From positions 512,001 through 576,000 of the forward strand of contig OY762926.1 of assembly GCA_963666735.1 (NCBI GenBank): 64,000 nucleotides of DNA, in the 5' to 3' direction. Source of the stretch: Gemmatimonadota bacterium. Its GTDB lineage: Bacteria; Gemmatimonadota; Gemmatimonadetes; Palauibacterales; Palauibacteraceae. A model generated the notes under the pieces. That model saw only the letters and a list, made by a program, of their open reading frames with translations. It made no database searches and had not been told where the DNA came from. The position numbers and the translations under genes were made by a program. Below, piece by piece: positions 19,550 to 30,200 of this stretch (the first letter of the stretch is position 1; every line of letters starts with the position of its first letter).

Positions 19550-19558
19550 GGCGCGGAC
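19493..19558 (+). repeat. 12-bp tandem repeat GCGGACCGAGGC x5.5 (ADRG peptide repeat) spanning the scpB stop
   Basis: Units start at 19493, 19505, 19517, 19529, 19541 (this one carries C>T giving TGA) and a partial at 19553. Confidence 0.9.
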
Positions 19559-19563
19559 GGCTC

Positions 19564-20304
19564 ATGCGACTGCAGAAATACCTTTCCAGGGCGGGCGTGG
19601 CTTCCCGGCGCAAGAGCGAACAACTCATCGCCGGCGGCCGCGTCCGCGTGAACGGCGAAGTCGTGACGACGCTCGGAACCACGGTGGACCCGGATGCCGA
19701 AAGGGTCGAGGTGGACCGCCGCCGCATCCGCCTGAAGCCGGTGCTTTGGCTGGTGCTCCACAAGCCGCCGGGGTACGCGTGCACCCGGCACGATCCCGGC
19801 GGGCGTCCGATCATCTACGATCTGCTCCCCGCCGATACCCGGCACCTGCCTCACGCCGGCCGGCTCGACTTCATGAGCGAGGGCCTCCTCCTCCTGTCGA
19901 ATGAAGGGGACGTCGTCCATCGGCTTCTCCACCCGCGGACCGGAATCGAGCGGGTCTACCACGCGAAACTCCGCGGGCCCGTGCCGGCGGAGCTTCCGGA
20001 TCGGCTGCGGGCCGGCGTGGCACTCGAAGACGGGCCCGCGCGAGCCCGCCGCGCAGGCTGGATCACGCCGCCGCATACGTCGTCGCCCACCGTCGAGATC
20101 GTCCTGGCCGAAGGAAGAAATCGGGAGATTCGGCGCATGCTCGCCTCGCTCGACGTCACGCTGCGGAGGCTGCGCAGGACCTCGTTCGGGCCGATTCGGC
20201 TGGGCGCTCTCGCAGCGGGAGCGACCCGTGAGTTGTCTGCGAAGGAACGGGCGGCGCTCAGACGGGCGGCGGGTCCCGCTTGCTCCACGGCGGCTCGGGA
20301 GTGA
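19564..20304 (+). CDS. rluB: rRNA pseudouridine synthase (RluB/RsuA family)
   Basis: S4 domain 'MRLQKYLSRAGVASRRKSE', 'HKPPG', 'GRLD..SEGLLLLSN', 'EGRNREIRRM'; usual position after scpAB. Confidence 0.9.
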   Translation: MRLQKYLSRAGVASRRKSEQLIAGGRVRVNGEVVTTLGTTVDPDAERVEVDRRRIRLKPVLWLVLHKPPGYACTRHDPGGRPIIYDLLPADTRHLPHAGRLDFMSEGLLLLSNEGDVVHRLLHPRTGIERVYHAKLRGPVPAELPDRLRAGVALEDGPARARRAGWITPPHTSSPTVEIVLAEGRNREIRRMLASLDVTLRRLRRTSFGPIRLGALAAGATRELSAKERAALRRAAGPACSTAARE

Positions 20305-20353
20305 ACATCGGGCGGCTGGCAGACCGACCATCACCGCGACAGCGAGAAGACGC

Positions 20354-21376
20354 ATGAACGGAGAAGCCGGGACGGCCCAACGGATCTCGGGAGAGGATCT
20401 CGAGACCCAGCAGGCTGCAATCCGGGAGGCGGGGACCTTCGTGGCCGAGGTTCGAAACGAACTGGCCAAGCGGATCGTCGGACAGCATGCGCTCCTCGAC
20501 CGCGTTCTGATGAGCCTCCTCACGGGTGGCCATATCCTGCTCGAAGGCGTGCCCGGGCTCGCCAAGACGCTCACCGTCAGCACGCTCGCCGAGGCGATCC
20601 ACACCACGTTCCGGCGTATCCAGTTCACGCCGGACCTGCTGCCCGCCGATGTCGTGGGCACGCTCGTGTGGGAGGAGAAGACGGGCACCTTCACTCCGAA
20701 GCGTGGGCCCATCTTCGCGAACATCGTCCTCGCCGATGAGATCAACCGTGCCCCCGCCAAGGTCCAGTCCGCCCTCCTGGAGGCGATGCAGGAACGTCAG
20801 GTGACGATCGGAGAAGAAACCCATCCGCTCCCCGTGCCGTTCCTCGTCATGGCGACGCAGAACCCCATCGAGCACGAGGGCACGTATCCGCTTCCCGAAG
20901 CGCAGGTGGACCGGTTCATGTTCAAGACCCGGGTCGGCTACCCCACGCCCGAGGAGGAGCGGTCCATCATGCAGCTCATGGCGGGCGAGGATCCGCCGCC
21001 CGTCGAGGCCGTCGTGGAGCCCGGCCGCATCCTCGCCGCGCGCGCCATGCTTCCGGCCATCTACGTGGACCGGCGGCTCGAGGACTACATCCTCCAACTC
21101 GTGCTCGCGACGCGTGAGCCCGCGGCCCGCGGCCTGGCGCAACTCGTGGACTGGATCGAGTTCGGGGCCTCGCCGCGCGCCACCATATTCCTCGCGAGAG
21201 CGGCCCGCGCACATGCGTTCATCGAGGGGCGAGCCTTCGTGGTTCCGGAGGACGTGAAGGCGATCGCCCGCGATGTTCTTCGGCATCGGCTCGTCCTGAC
21301 CTTCCAGGCGCAGGCGGAACAGATCGATGCCGATCACATCCTCGACCATCTCCTGGAGACCGTACCGGTGCCGTGA
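20354..21376 (+). CDS. moxR: MoxR-family AAA+ ATPase
   Basis: 'GHILLEGVPGLAKT', 'RIQFTPDLLPAD', 'LADEINRAPAKVQSALLEAMQE', 'EGTYPLPEAQVDRF', 'GASPR'. Confidence 0.95.
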   Translation: MNGEAGTAQRISGEDLETQQAAIREAGTFVAEVRNELAKRIVGQHALLDRVLMSLLTGGHILLEGVPGLAKTLTVSTLAEAIHTTFRRIQFTPDLLPADVVGTLVWEEKTGTFTPKRGPIFANIVLADEINRAPAKVQSALLEAMQERQVTIGEETHPLPVPFLVMATQNPIEHEGTYPLPEAQVDRFMFKTRVGYPTPEEERSIMQLMAGEDPPPVEAVVEPGRILAARAMLPAIYVDRRLEDYILQLVLATREPAARGLAQLVDWIEFGASPRATIFLARAARAHAFIEGRAFVVPEDVKAIARDVLRHRLVLTFQAQAEQIDADHILDHLLETVPVP

Positions 21377-22305
21377 GGCTGCCTGACTTCCTGTGGCGCC
21401 CGCGGCGGCCGGCGCCGACGGCCGATTCCGCCGGCGCGTCGAGAGAGGTTCGGCGGCTGGAGTTGAAGAGCCGGCGGTTCATGGACAACCCGGCTCTCGG
21501 ACCGTACCCGTCGCTCTTCCGCGGACACGGCATCGAGTTCTCCGAGGTCCGCGAGTATCAGCCTGGGGACCCTTTCCAGGCGATCGACTGGAAGGTGACG
21601 GCCCGTATGCGGCGCCCGTACGTGAAGCGCTTCGTGGAGGAACGGGAACTTGCCGTCCTTCTCGTCGTCGATGTCTCCGCATCGAACGAGTTCGGTACGC
21701 GGAAGGCCCTGAAGCGCGATCTCGTCGCGGAGGTGGCGAGCATCCTCGCCCTCGCGGCGATGCGTGCCGGAGATCCGGTGGGCATGCTCCTCTTCAGCGA
21801 CCGGATCGAGCGCTACGTCCGGCCGGCTCGGGGCCGCAACCGCAACCTTCGCCTCCTGCATGAACTCGTGTCCATCCAGCCGGAGGGGAAGGGAACGGAC
21901 CTCGATCTCGCGCTCGCCACCGCGGCGCGCATGCTGACTGTCCGCTCCCTCGTGTTCGTGATCTCGGACTTTGTGGGCGCCGGGAACCTGGCCCGGCCGT
22001 TGCTGGGACTCTCGGGCCGCCACGATGTCGTTGCGCTCGCGGTCGATGACCCCGCGGAAACGACGATCCCCGCATCGGGCTGGGTTGAGGTCATGGATCC
22101 GGAGACGGGGGACCGAGCCGTCGTCGACCTCGGAGATGCGGCGGTTCGGCAGCGGCTCGCCGAGCACTCGACCACGGGGGGGCGGGCGCTTGAACGGCTG
22201 TGTGCGCACTGCCACGTCGACCTCATGCGGTTGCGCACCGACACCCCGTACGAGTCCCGACTCTCCGCCTTCTTCGCCGCTCGGGGCCGGCGGAGGCTCC
22301 GGTGA
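21373..22305 (+). CDS. DUF58 domain protein (MoxR-associated)
   Basis: 'FRGHGIEFSEVREYQPGD', 'IDWKVTAR', 'YVKRFVEERE', 'VDVSAS', 'VISDF'. Confidence 0.92.
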   Translation: MRLPDFLWRPRRPAPTADSAGASREVRRLELKSRRFMDNPALGPYPSLFRGHGIEFSEVREYQPGDPFQAIDWKVTARMRRPYVKRFVEERELAVLLVVDVSASNEFGTRKALKRDLVAEVASILALAAMRAGDPVGMLLFSDRIERYVRPARGRNRNLRLLHELVSIQPEGKGTDLDLALATAARMLTVRSLVFVISDFVGAGNLARPLLGLSGRHDVVALAVDDPAETTIPASGWVEVMDPETGDRAVVDLGDAAVRQRLAEHSTTGGRALERLCAHCHVDLMRLRTDTPYESRLSAFFAARGRRRLR

Positions 22306-23222
22306 GGGGGCGCCGATGGACGGCCCGGGCGGCCCTCGGGTTGGGGTTGGGGCTGGGGTTGGGGCCCGCCCCGGGCCTCGCCGCCCAGTCCGCGGTCGAC
22401 CTCGAGGCGACGGTCCTCCCGGAGTCCGTGCGGGTCGGCGAGGAGTTCACGGTTCGCCTCATCGTCGGGCAGGAGAGAGCCGGAGAGGTTCGATTCCCCG
22501 CGCTCATCGACGGGCCGGAGTCGATGGAGCAGACGGGACCGGTACAGATCCGGTCCGTTGATGAGGGTCGGCGCTGGGAAGCGGAGTACACGATTCGCGC
22601 ATGGCGCACGGATACGCTCGTCATCCCGCCCGTGGAGGTTGAGCTTGCCGCGGCGAGCGGCGTCGTCCGCCGGCTGCAGCCGCCCGCGGTTCCCGTCGTG
22701 AGCGTGCTCCCGGCCGCGGATGATCCGCTCGAATTGAGGGATGCGCGGCCTCTCCTGAGCCTGCGGGCCTTGCCCTGGTGGCTGCTCCTGCTCGCGGCGG
22801 CGCTCGCCGGACTCGCCTGGTGGACCTGGGGCCGCGGCCGTGGCGCCGCGGCCGCCGCCGACGTCCCCCTCGGCCCCGGCGACCTCGCGCTTCGCGACCT
22901 CGCCCGCCTCCGCGAGGGATGGATCGGGCAGCGGGTGAGCGGCGACCGATTCTACGATGGCTACGAGGAGACGCTTCGGCGCTACGCGCACGTGACGCGC
23001 GATTGGGCGCCCTCGAAGGAGCTCCTCGGGCTCGACGGCTCCGACGCGGGGCTCGTCGCGGCTCTGCGCCATTCGATTCTGGCCCGTTTCGCGCGCACGC
23101 GGACGGAGTGGGAAGGTCCGCTCGGCGACCTGGACGTCGGCGAGGCGTTTGTGCGCGCGGACATGACGGAGGGGGACGGTGTCGGCGAGGCCGGCCCGAA
23201 CGGGAACGGAGGCGGTCCGTGA
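22302..23222 (+). CDS. Exported/membrane protein of the Bat cluster (BatD/DUF4381-like)
   Basis: Signal-like N-terminus, Ig-like 'VRVGEEFTVRL' region, single TM 'PWWLLLLAAALAGLAWW', helical C-domain; position between DUF58 and batA. Confidence 0.6.
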   Translation: MRGRRWTARAALGLGLGLGLGPAPGLAAQSAVDLEATVLPESVRVGEEFTVRLIVGQERAGEVRFPALIDGPESMEQTGPVQIRSVDEGRRWEAEYTIRAWRTDTLVIPPVEVELAAASGVVRRLQPPAVPVVSVLPAADDPLELRDARPLLSLRALPWWLLLLAAALAGLAWWTWGRGRGAAAAADVPLGPGDLALRDLARLREGWIGQRVSGDRFYDGYEETLRRYAHVTRDWAPSKELLGLDGSDAGLVAALRHSILARFARTRTEWEGPLGDLDVGEAFVRADMTEGDGVGEAGPNGNGGGP

Positions 23223-24211
23223 GCGAATTCGCGCTCCCCGGCTGGCCGTTCCTCCTCCTGCTGGCGCTGCTTCCGCTGGGATGGGCCCTGGCGAGTTCGG
23301 GCAGGATCCGTCTCCCGTATCCCGGCATCGCCCGTCTGACCGGATCCAGGGGGCGCGGGCGCGGGCGGTTCTGGTGGTGGTTCCCGGCCGCCCTTCGCTC
23401 TCTCGCCCTCGCGCTCGTCATCATCACCCTCGTCAACCCGGTGCGGGTGTGGGAGCGCGTGGAGTCGGAGCGCGAGGGCGTGGCGATCATGCTGGCGGTC
23501 GATATCTCGAGTTCGATGCTGGCGGAGGATTTTCGGCCCGATAACCGCATCGAGGTCGCGAAGCGGGAGGTCATTCGCTTCGTGGAGGGACGGGAGTCGG
23601 ACTGGATCGGCCTCGTCGCCTTCGCCGGCGAGGCCCTCACCATGGTGCCGGGGACGCTGGATCACGCGGTCGTGGGGAGTGCGGTGGAACGGCTGGAGGC
23701 CGGACAACTCCGCGACGGGACGGCCATCGGCGTCGCGCTTGCCACGGCGGCGAACCGGCTCCGCGATCTGGAGCCCGAATCCCGCATCGTCGTTCTGCTC
23801 ACCGACGGAGACAACAACAGCGGCGGCATCTCGCCGGAAGAGGCGACGGCCGCGGCCGCCTCCCTTGGCATCCGCGTCTACACGATCGGCGTCGGCCGCG
23901 ACGGGGTCGCCCCGGTGCCCGTGGCCCGGACCGCCTTCGGATACCAGTACGCCAATATCCGCGTGCACGTGAACGACGAACTCCTGGATCGCATGGCGAC
24001 CCGCACGGGGGGGCTCTATTTCCGCGCCACGGATCCCGAGGGACTGACACGGATCTACGAACGGATCAACGAGCTCGAGACCACCCCGATCAAGGAGGTG
24101 CGGACGGAGGAGCGGGTCGGGATGCGGCGGGAACTTCTCATCGCGGCGCTCGCGCTCGTCATGCTCGAACTCCTCGTGGCGGCGACGCGCTCTCGCCGAG
24201 TCTGGGCCTGA
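23219..24211 (+). CDS. batA: VWA domain protein BatA
   Basis: MIDAS 'VDISSSMLAEDF.PDNR', 'GLVAFAG', 'GTAIG', 'LLTDGDNNSG', 'IRVYTIGVG', 'TGGLYFRAT'. Confidence 0.88.
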   Translation: MSEFALPGWPFLLLLALLPLGWALASSGRIRLPYPGIARLTGSRGRGRGRFWWWFPAALRSLALALVIITLVNPVRVWERVESEREGVAIMLAVDISSSMLAEDFRPDNRIEVAKREVIRFVEGRESDWIGLVAFAGEALTMVPGTLDHAVVGSAVERLEAGQLRDGTAIGVALATAANRLRDLEPESRIVVLLTDGDNNSGGISPEEATAAAASLGIRVYTIGVGRDGVAPVPVARTAFGYQYANIRVHVNDELLDRMATRTGGLYFRATDPEGLTRIYERINELETTPIKEVRTEERVGMRRELLIAALALVMLELLVAATRSRRVWA

Positions 24212-24213
24212 CC

Positions 24214-25203
24214 GTGGCTCCGCTCCCGATCGCCCTCCTGCTCGGAGCCCTGGCCGTAGCGCTCAGGCTGCTCGCGTCGCGCCGGTCGAGCGCGGACCGC
24301 GAGAGACTTGCCGAAACGTCGCTGCTGGAGCGCTACGTGCGGCTGCCGGCCCACGCTCTTGCGCCCGTTCGCCTGGCGCTGCTCGGCGTGGGCGTCGTCG
24401 CGGTCACGCTCGCCTCCGGTTCCGGCGGGACCGAGGCCCGGCGTCTCGATGAGGGGGGGGCGGAAACGATCCTGATGCTCGACGCGTCGAACTCTATGCT
24501 GGCAGGCGACGTCGAGCCGAGCCGGCTGCAGGTGCAGCGGCAGTTGGCCGTCCGCCTCGCGACGCGCACGGAGGGTCGGATGGGCGTGGTCTACTTCGCG
24601 GGCCGCGCGTACGTGCTCTCACCGCTGACGACGGACATGAGCGCGATCGAGATGCTGGCGGAGGGGGTGCGGCCCGCGGCGGTGGGGCTGGGCGGATCCT
24701 CGCTCGCCTCCGGCCTCACGCAGGCGATCGACCTCCTCGCCGGCGGAGAGGACGGCGCCCGCAAGTCGATCGTCGTCTTCTCCGACGGCGAGGAAACCGC
24801 CGGCGCCCCCTTCGGCGAGGCGATCGGGAGGGCCCGGGAAGCGGGGATCGTCATCCATACGGTGGGGATCGGAACCGAACTCGGAGGACAGATTCCCCTG
24901 ACGCGCGAGGCGTCGCTGGACCCGACGATGGCCGCGCGGCGGCGGGGCGGCGCTTCGGTGCTTCAGGGACCCGGCGGCAGCCCCGTCATCACCCGCTTGA
25001 ACGCCGCGTCGCTGAGGCAGATGTCTCTCGGCACCGGCGGTCGCTATGTTTACGGTTCGGACGGTATCGATGCGATCGAACGGGAACTGGCCCAGGGTGG
25101 CCGGGAACCCCTGGCGTCGACCGAGGATGCCGCCGTAGCGGCGTTGCTTCTGCTCGCCTTCGTCAGCCTCTGGGGAGAAGGGTTCCTGCTGCCACGTGGT
25201 TGA
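24214..25203 (+). CDS. batB: VWA domain protein BatB
   Basis: 'LDASNSMLAGDVEPSRL', 'FAGRAYVLSPLTTD', 'FSDGEE', 'HTVGIGTELGGQIP'. Confidence 0.8.
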   Translation: MAPLPIALLLGALAVALRLLASRRSSADRERLAETSLLERYVRLPAHALAPVRLALLGVGVVAVTLASGSGGTEARRLDEGGAETILMLDASNSMLAGDVEPSRLQVQRQLAVRLATRTEGRMGVVYFAGRAYVLSPLTTDMSAIEMLAEGVRPAAVGLGGSSLASGLTQAIDLLAGGEDGARKSIVVFSDGEETAGAPFGEAIGRAREAGIVIHTVGIGTELGGQIPLTREASLDPTMAARRRGGASVLQGPGGSPVITRLNAASLRQMSLGTGGRYVYGSDGIDAIERELAQGGREPLASTEDAAVAALLLLAFVSLWGEGFLLPRG

Positions 25204-25906
25204 GTCGACACGGATGCGTACGGTCTGCGGTCTGGCGGCCGCGGCGGCCTCGCTCGCGGCGTTTGCCGCGGGCGAGCCGCAGGCTGCGCCGGGGCGGGCG
25301 GCAGGTCAGGCCGGGGCCGGCGACCCGCAGGCATCCGAATCCGAGGTCGTCGCACGCTACCGGGAGCGAGCCGCTTCCTCCGACCGGCCGATCGACCACT
25401 ACAACTACGGGACCGCCCTCCTCCATGACGGGCAGGTGGCGGAGGCCCAGGCGCCCCTTGAGCTTTCGATCGGCAGCGAGCGGGACGAGGTACGCGAGAG
25501 CGCCTTCTACAACCTCGGACTCAGCACGGCTCTCGACGGCCGGCTCGCCCAGAGCGACCCCTCCGCGCGCCGGGCCGCCCTCCAGTCGGCGCGCGAAGCT
25601 TTCCGCGAAGTCCTCCGTCGTCGCGTGGACGATGAGGATGCGCGCTGGAACCTCGAACTCGTCGAGCGCTGGCTCGAGGAAGAGGGGGAGAGCGGCGGAG
25701 ACGAGCAGCAGGGCGGGCAGGGACAGTCTCCAGAGGGGGCGGGCGCCGGCGCGGCGGCAGCGGCCGGCTCGGGCGAGATGGAGATGCTGTCGCCCGAACA
25801 GGCCGCCGCGCTGCTCGAACAGGCGGGGGACGCGGAGGCGGCGATCCGAGACCGCGTGATGGGCCGCAACCGTTTCCAGGATCCCGTTGTGGAGCGGAAC
25901 TGGTAG
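25196..25906 (+). CDS. Tetratricopeptide-repeat protein (BatC-like)
   Basis: 'HYNYGTALL', 'AFYNLG', 'DARWNLEL', Q/G-rich linker, 'LSPEQAAALL', C-terminal 'ERNW'. Confidence 0.75.
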   Translation: MVESTRMRTVCGLAAAAASLAAFAAGEPQAAPGRAAGQAGAGDPQASESEVVARYRERAASSDRPIDHYNYGTALLHDGQVAEAQAPLELSIGSERDEVRESAFYNLGLSTALDGRLAQSDPSARRAALQSAREAFREVLRRRVDDEDARWNLELVERWLEEEGESGGDEQQGGQGQSPEGAGAGAAAAAGSGEMEMLSPEQAAALLEQAGDAEAAIRDRVMGRNRFQDPVVERNW

Positions 25907-25912
25907 GAACGC

Positions 25913-25941
25913 CTGCGAGACGCCTCACCTGGCCGTAGCTT
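25913..25941 (+). promoter_or_regulatory. Putative leaderless promoter of selD
   Basis: CTGCGA-17 nt-TAGCTT, 8 nt before ATG 25950; no SD. Confidence 0.4.
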
Positions 25942-25949
25942 CGGTCGCC

Positions 25950-27011
25950 ATGAATTCGCCTTCGGCCGAAGCGGCCCGCCTGACCCAGTATTCGCACGGA
26001 GCCGGCTGAGCCTGCAAGCTCGGCCCGGAGGATCTGGGCCGCATCCTGCAGCACGTTCCGCACGTTCCGGATGACCGGCTCCTCGTAGGACTCGAGGGTC
26101 CGGACGACGCCGCGGTGTACCTGCTCGACGATGGGGGAGCCATCGTCGCGAGCCTCGACTTTTTCACGCCGCTCGTCGACGATCCGGCGGACTTCGGCGC
26201 CATCGCCGCCGCGAACGCGCTGGGAGATCTGTACGCGATGCGGGCCCGTCCCCTCTTCGCGCTCAACATCCTGGCCGTTCCCGCCGGGACCCTCTCCGAT
26301 GAAACGGTGGGGGCGATCCTCCGCGGCGCGGGTGAAGTGTGCCGCGAGGCCGGCATCGCCGTGGCGGGGGGACACTCGATCGACGACGCGGAACCGAAGT
26401 TCGGCCTGGTGGCCATCGGCCTCGGCGATCCCGACCGCCTGTGGAGAAAGGGTGGCGCGCGGCCGGGGGATGCCCTCGTGCTCGGCAAGGCGCTCGGCAC
26501 GGGCGTCGTCACGACCGGGCTCAAGCGCGGCGTGACCGACCCGGCCGACCTCCTCGTCGCCGTCGATTCCATGCGGCAACTCAACCGCGACGCGGCGGCG
26601 GTCCTTTCCGGTTTCGACGTTCACGCGGCGACGGACGTCACCGGCTTCGGGCTCCTTGGCCACTTGCTCGAGATGTGCGAGGCCTCGGACGCGAGCGCCC
26701 GGATCCGGGCGTCGGCGCCGAAACTCCTCTCCGGAGCACGACACCTCGCCGGGGAGGGGTGCGTGCCGGGCGGCACGACCCGGAACCGGGACGCGTACGC
26801 GTCACAGGTGCGGTGGGATGACGCCGTCCCCGAGGACCTGCGGACCCTGTTGTTCGACCCGCAGACGTCGGGCGGGCTGCTGGCGGCCGTGCCCGCGCGC
26901 GAGGCGTCGGCCGCGTCGTCCGCGCTGGCCGCGGCGGGCTACGCGGCTACCGTGATCGGAGAGGTCATCGAGTCGGACGGGCCGTCCGGCGCCGTCGAGG
27001 TCGCACCGTGA
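25950..27011 (+). CDS. selD: Selenide, water dikinase (selenophosphate synthetase), selenocysteine-containing (Sec at TGA 26007-26009)
   Basis: MNSPSAEAARLTQYSHGAG-TGA-ACKLGP in frame with the ORF at 26115; 'DDAAVY', 'DFFTP', 'AANALGDLYAM', 'GGHS', 'TDVTGFGLLGHL', 'DPQTSGGLL'. Confidence 0.95.
26022..26040 (+). promoter_or_regulatory. Bacterial SECIS-like hairpin of selD
   Basis: GGCCCGGA-GGA-TCTGGGCC stem-loop with a G-containing loop, starting 12 nt after the in-frame TGA. Confidence 0.65.
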
Positions 27012-27044
27012 TCGCACCGTGATCGCACAGTGGGCGCACAGTGA
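27001..27044 (+). repeat. 11-bp tandem repeat TCGCACCGTGA x4 (degenerating) spanning the selD stop
   Basis: tcgcaccgtga/tcgcaccgtga/tcgcacagtgg/gcgcacagtga. Confidence 0.8.
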
Positions 27045-27099
27045 GCGCGGCGCGGTAGCGTGGCGATCCCGCGGCGATGCGGCGCCGGCTGCCGCGGCG

Positions 27100-27128
27100 T
27101 TGGTGCGGAGCGTCGCGGCGCGTACGTT
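27100..27128 (+). promoter_or_regulatory. Putative promoter of the tRNA gene
   Basis: TTGGTG-17 nt-TACGTT, 12 nt before the tRNA 5' end. Confidence 0.45.
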
Positions 27129-27140
27129 TCAAGCTCCGCC

Positions 27141-27214
27141 GGGCCCGTAGCTCAGCCGGTTAGAGCAGGGGACTCATAATCCCAAGGTCGCAGGTTCGAA
27201 TCCTGCCGGGCCCA
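27141..27214 (+). tRNA. tRNA with CAT anticodon, most likely tRNA-Ile2 (lysidine type) rather than tRNA-Met; CCA not encoded
   Basis: GGGCCCG acceptor/CGGGCCC-A; D-arm GCTC..GAGC; anticodon arm GGGGA-CTCATAA-TCCCA; T-loop GGTTCGAATCC; C4-G69/C5-G68 and GACTCATAATC resemble Ile2. Confidence 0.92.
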
Positions 27215-27280
27215 TCTTCGACAGCCTCAGCAGCCCCGAATCCCGACGCCTGCATCCACCACCAAGAGAAGGAGTCGTCC

Positions 27281-30200
27281 ATGCGGCCATGCCGGGTTCC
27301 GGCCTCCCGACGCGGGTCCACCCTCCTGTTCGCCGTGCTCGCACTGGGCTGCGCCGCCGCGGCGGACGCGGCCGCCCAGGCCCAGGCGACCACCGGCGTC
27401 ATCCGCGGGGTCGTCCGCGATCCCGTGGGAGTGCCCGTGGCCGGTGCCGCCGTGGTCATCGAGCACCGCGCGACCGGCTTCACGACGACCGTGGTGACGG
27501 GCTCGAACGGGGCCTTCGCGCGGACGCTCCTTCCACTGGGGATCTACGACGTCACCGCCCGGGCGCTGGGCCAGTTCGGCGACGAGCGGACCGAGGGGCT
27601 CGTGCTCCGCGTGGGAGAGATCCTCGATCTCGTGCTCGCGTTCAGGCCTGTCGCGGTGTCCGAGATCACCGTGACCGCGGACCGGACGCCGCTCGTCGAC
27701 ACCGAGGACCCGTCGAGTACCCATCGGCTCGCCGAGGAGGTCGTCGACAATCTGCCCAACAACGGCCGCAACTTCCTCGACTACACGCTCCTCACCCCGG
27801 GCGTGTCCGTGTCGCAGGGGCCCGACGGTGAGGTCCTCAACATCGGTGGACAGCGGGGGATCTTCAACAACGTCTCCGTCGACGGGGCCGACTTCAACAA
27901 CCCCTTCTTCGGCGAGCAACGGGGTGGCCAGCGTCCCGCCTTCACCTTCAACCAGGACGCGATCGAGGAACTCGTCGTCGTGAACCAGGGGGCGCCGGCG
28001 GAGTTCGGGCGCTCCGCCGGAGGCTTCGTGAACGTCATCACGAAGTCCGGCACGAACGAGTTCACCGGCTCCGCGCACTACTTCGGACAGTGGGACGCGA
28101 TCTCCACCGCCTACCCGAGCGAGCGCGGGGGCGGCAAGCCCGAGTTCGGGCGCGGCCAGTTCGGCTTCACCCTCGGCGGCCCCATCGCGCGCGACAAGGC
28201 GTTTTTCTTCGTCGCCTACGACCAGCAGGAAGCGAGCGAGACGAAACAGTTCGCGCGCAACGTCGTGAACCGCTCGGAACTGGCGAAGCTGGAGAACTTC
28301 CTGCAAACGCAGTGGCCCGGCCTGTTCGATGACGAGTTCGGCCCGATCCACCGCACCGACGACAACCGGGCGCTCGTCGCGACGCTCGACTTCAATCTCA
28401 GCGACCGCCACCAGGCATCCTTCAAGTACAACTACACCTGGTCCCAGCAGGCGAACGGGACGTTCGACGTGGATTCCTGGGGGCTCAGCGCCAACGGCCT
28501 CGAGGAGGACTTCTCCCACGCGATCAACGCGAGCCTCCGGTCGCAGCTCTCCAACACCATCTCCAACGAGTTTCGCGTCCAGTACGCGCGCGAGGACCGG
28601 CCCCGGGGATACGACGGACCCCTGATTCCGGGCTCCGCCCCGCCGCCGCAGCCGGCCTTCGGCGCGATCGGCGGCCGCCCCTTCCCGGACATCGCGATGG
28701 ACTTCGCGGACGGGTTCCGCATCGGGATGCCCTTCTTCCTCCCCATCGACCCGGGCTACGACCACCGGATCCAGCTCGTCGACAACCTCTCCTTCCTGGC
28801 GGGGGACCACCTGCTCAAGGTCGGGGCGGAGTACAATCGGACAGGGGCCGGCCAGCAGTTCATCGGGTTCGCGAACGGCCTCTACAAGTTCTCCTCCGTC
28901 GACGGATTCATGAACTTCGTCACGCAGGGGAACCGATACGTCACCTGCTCCGACGGTTCCGACAGCACGGAAGGCGTCTGTCCGCCGGGAACCGCGATCA
29001 CCGGACCCGTGCTGCTCTACCTGCAGGCCCTCGCACTGGGGAATACGCCCGCCGATCAGCTGGGACTGCAGGACTTCTCGATGCACGAACTCGGACTCTT
29101 CATCCAGGATACGTGGCGTCCGCGCGACAACCTGACGCTGAACCTCGGCGTGCGCTGGGAAGGGTCGTGGCACCCCGGGATGTTCATCGATCCGGCGGAC
29201 ACCTTCTACGGACCGTGGATCGGGACGCCGGGCTTTCCATCGGACGGGACGATTCCGGACGACCTCGACAACTTCCAGCCGCGCCTCGGGCTCGCGTGGG
29301 ATCCGGGGGATGATGGGCGCACGCTCGTCCGCCTGAACGCGGGCTCCTACTTCTCGCGCATTCCGATGCTCGTGTTCGCGCAGCACCGCACGACGAACGG
29401 CGCCTTCCAGGGGACGCAGTTCGCGGCCAGCGACGCGACCTTCCTTCCGCCGCCGCCGCAGATCGGCGAATTCCTGACGCCGCCCCCGCCGGGGACACCC
29501 CCCTTCCAGCCCGGCGTCAACATTGCGGACCGCAACCTCGAACTGCCGCGGACCTGGTCCTTCAACGTCGCAGTCGAGCGGGCGCTGAGCGAGAACACGG
29601 CTGTGACGGTTTCGCTGCAGCACGCCCGCACGGACAACCTGTTCCGCTTCGTCGACCGCAACGCGGCGGAACTCGGCGCGCCCTTCGCGGAGGGAGCGAA
29701 CGGACTGGGGACGGTCACCGTGACCGAGAGCAGCGCGCGCTCCCGTTACAACGCCATCACGCTGGGACTGCACGGGGACGCCGCGCTCGACGGGAGGCTG
29801 AGTTTCGAAGCGAACTACACGCTGGGGTTCGACCGGTCCGATGATGATAACGAACGCGATCCCTTCAACTTCTTCTACGCGACCGCAACCGATTTCGAGC
29901 CGGAGTACCACTGGTCGATCCGGGACCGAAGGCACCAGATGACCGGGTTCCTGCTCTTCAACCTGGGTCGCGGAGTCCTCCTCAACCACGTCTTCAGGTA
30001 TCTTTCCGCCTCGCCGATGTCGGAGAGTTGCGGCCCGACCGAGGCGAACCCGCTGGCGGCCCCGGCGGGCCAGCGCGCCGGTGCCCCGGCGGACCGCGTG
30101 TGCGCCGATGGTTCCGTCCTCAGGCGCAACACGCTCCGGCGCGAGAACGACTTCTTCACGTGGGACCTGCGGCTCTCCAAGGCCTTCGACATCGGAGGCG

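Noticed and set aside
27141..27214. Initiator tRNA-fMet
   Set aside because: G1-C72 is paired (no C1-A72 mismatch) and the anticodon stem lacks three G-C pairs adjacent to the loop; the pattern fits Ile2.
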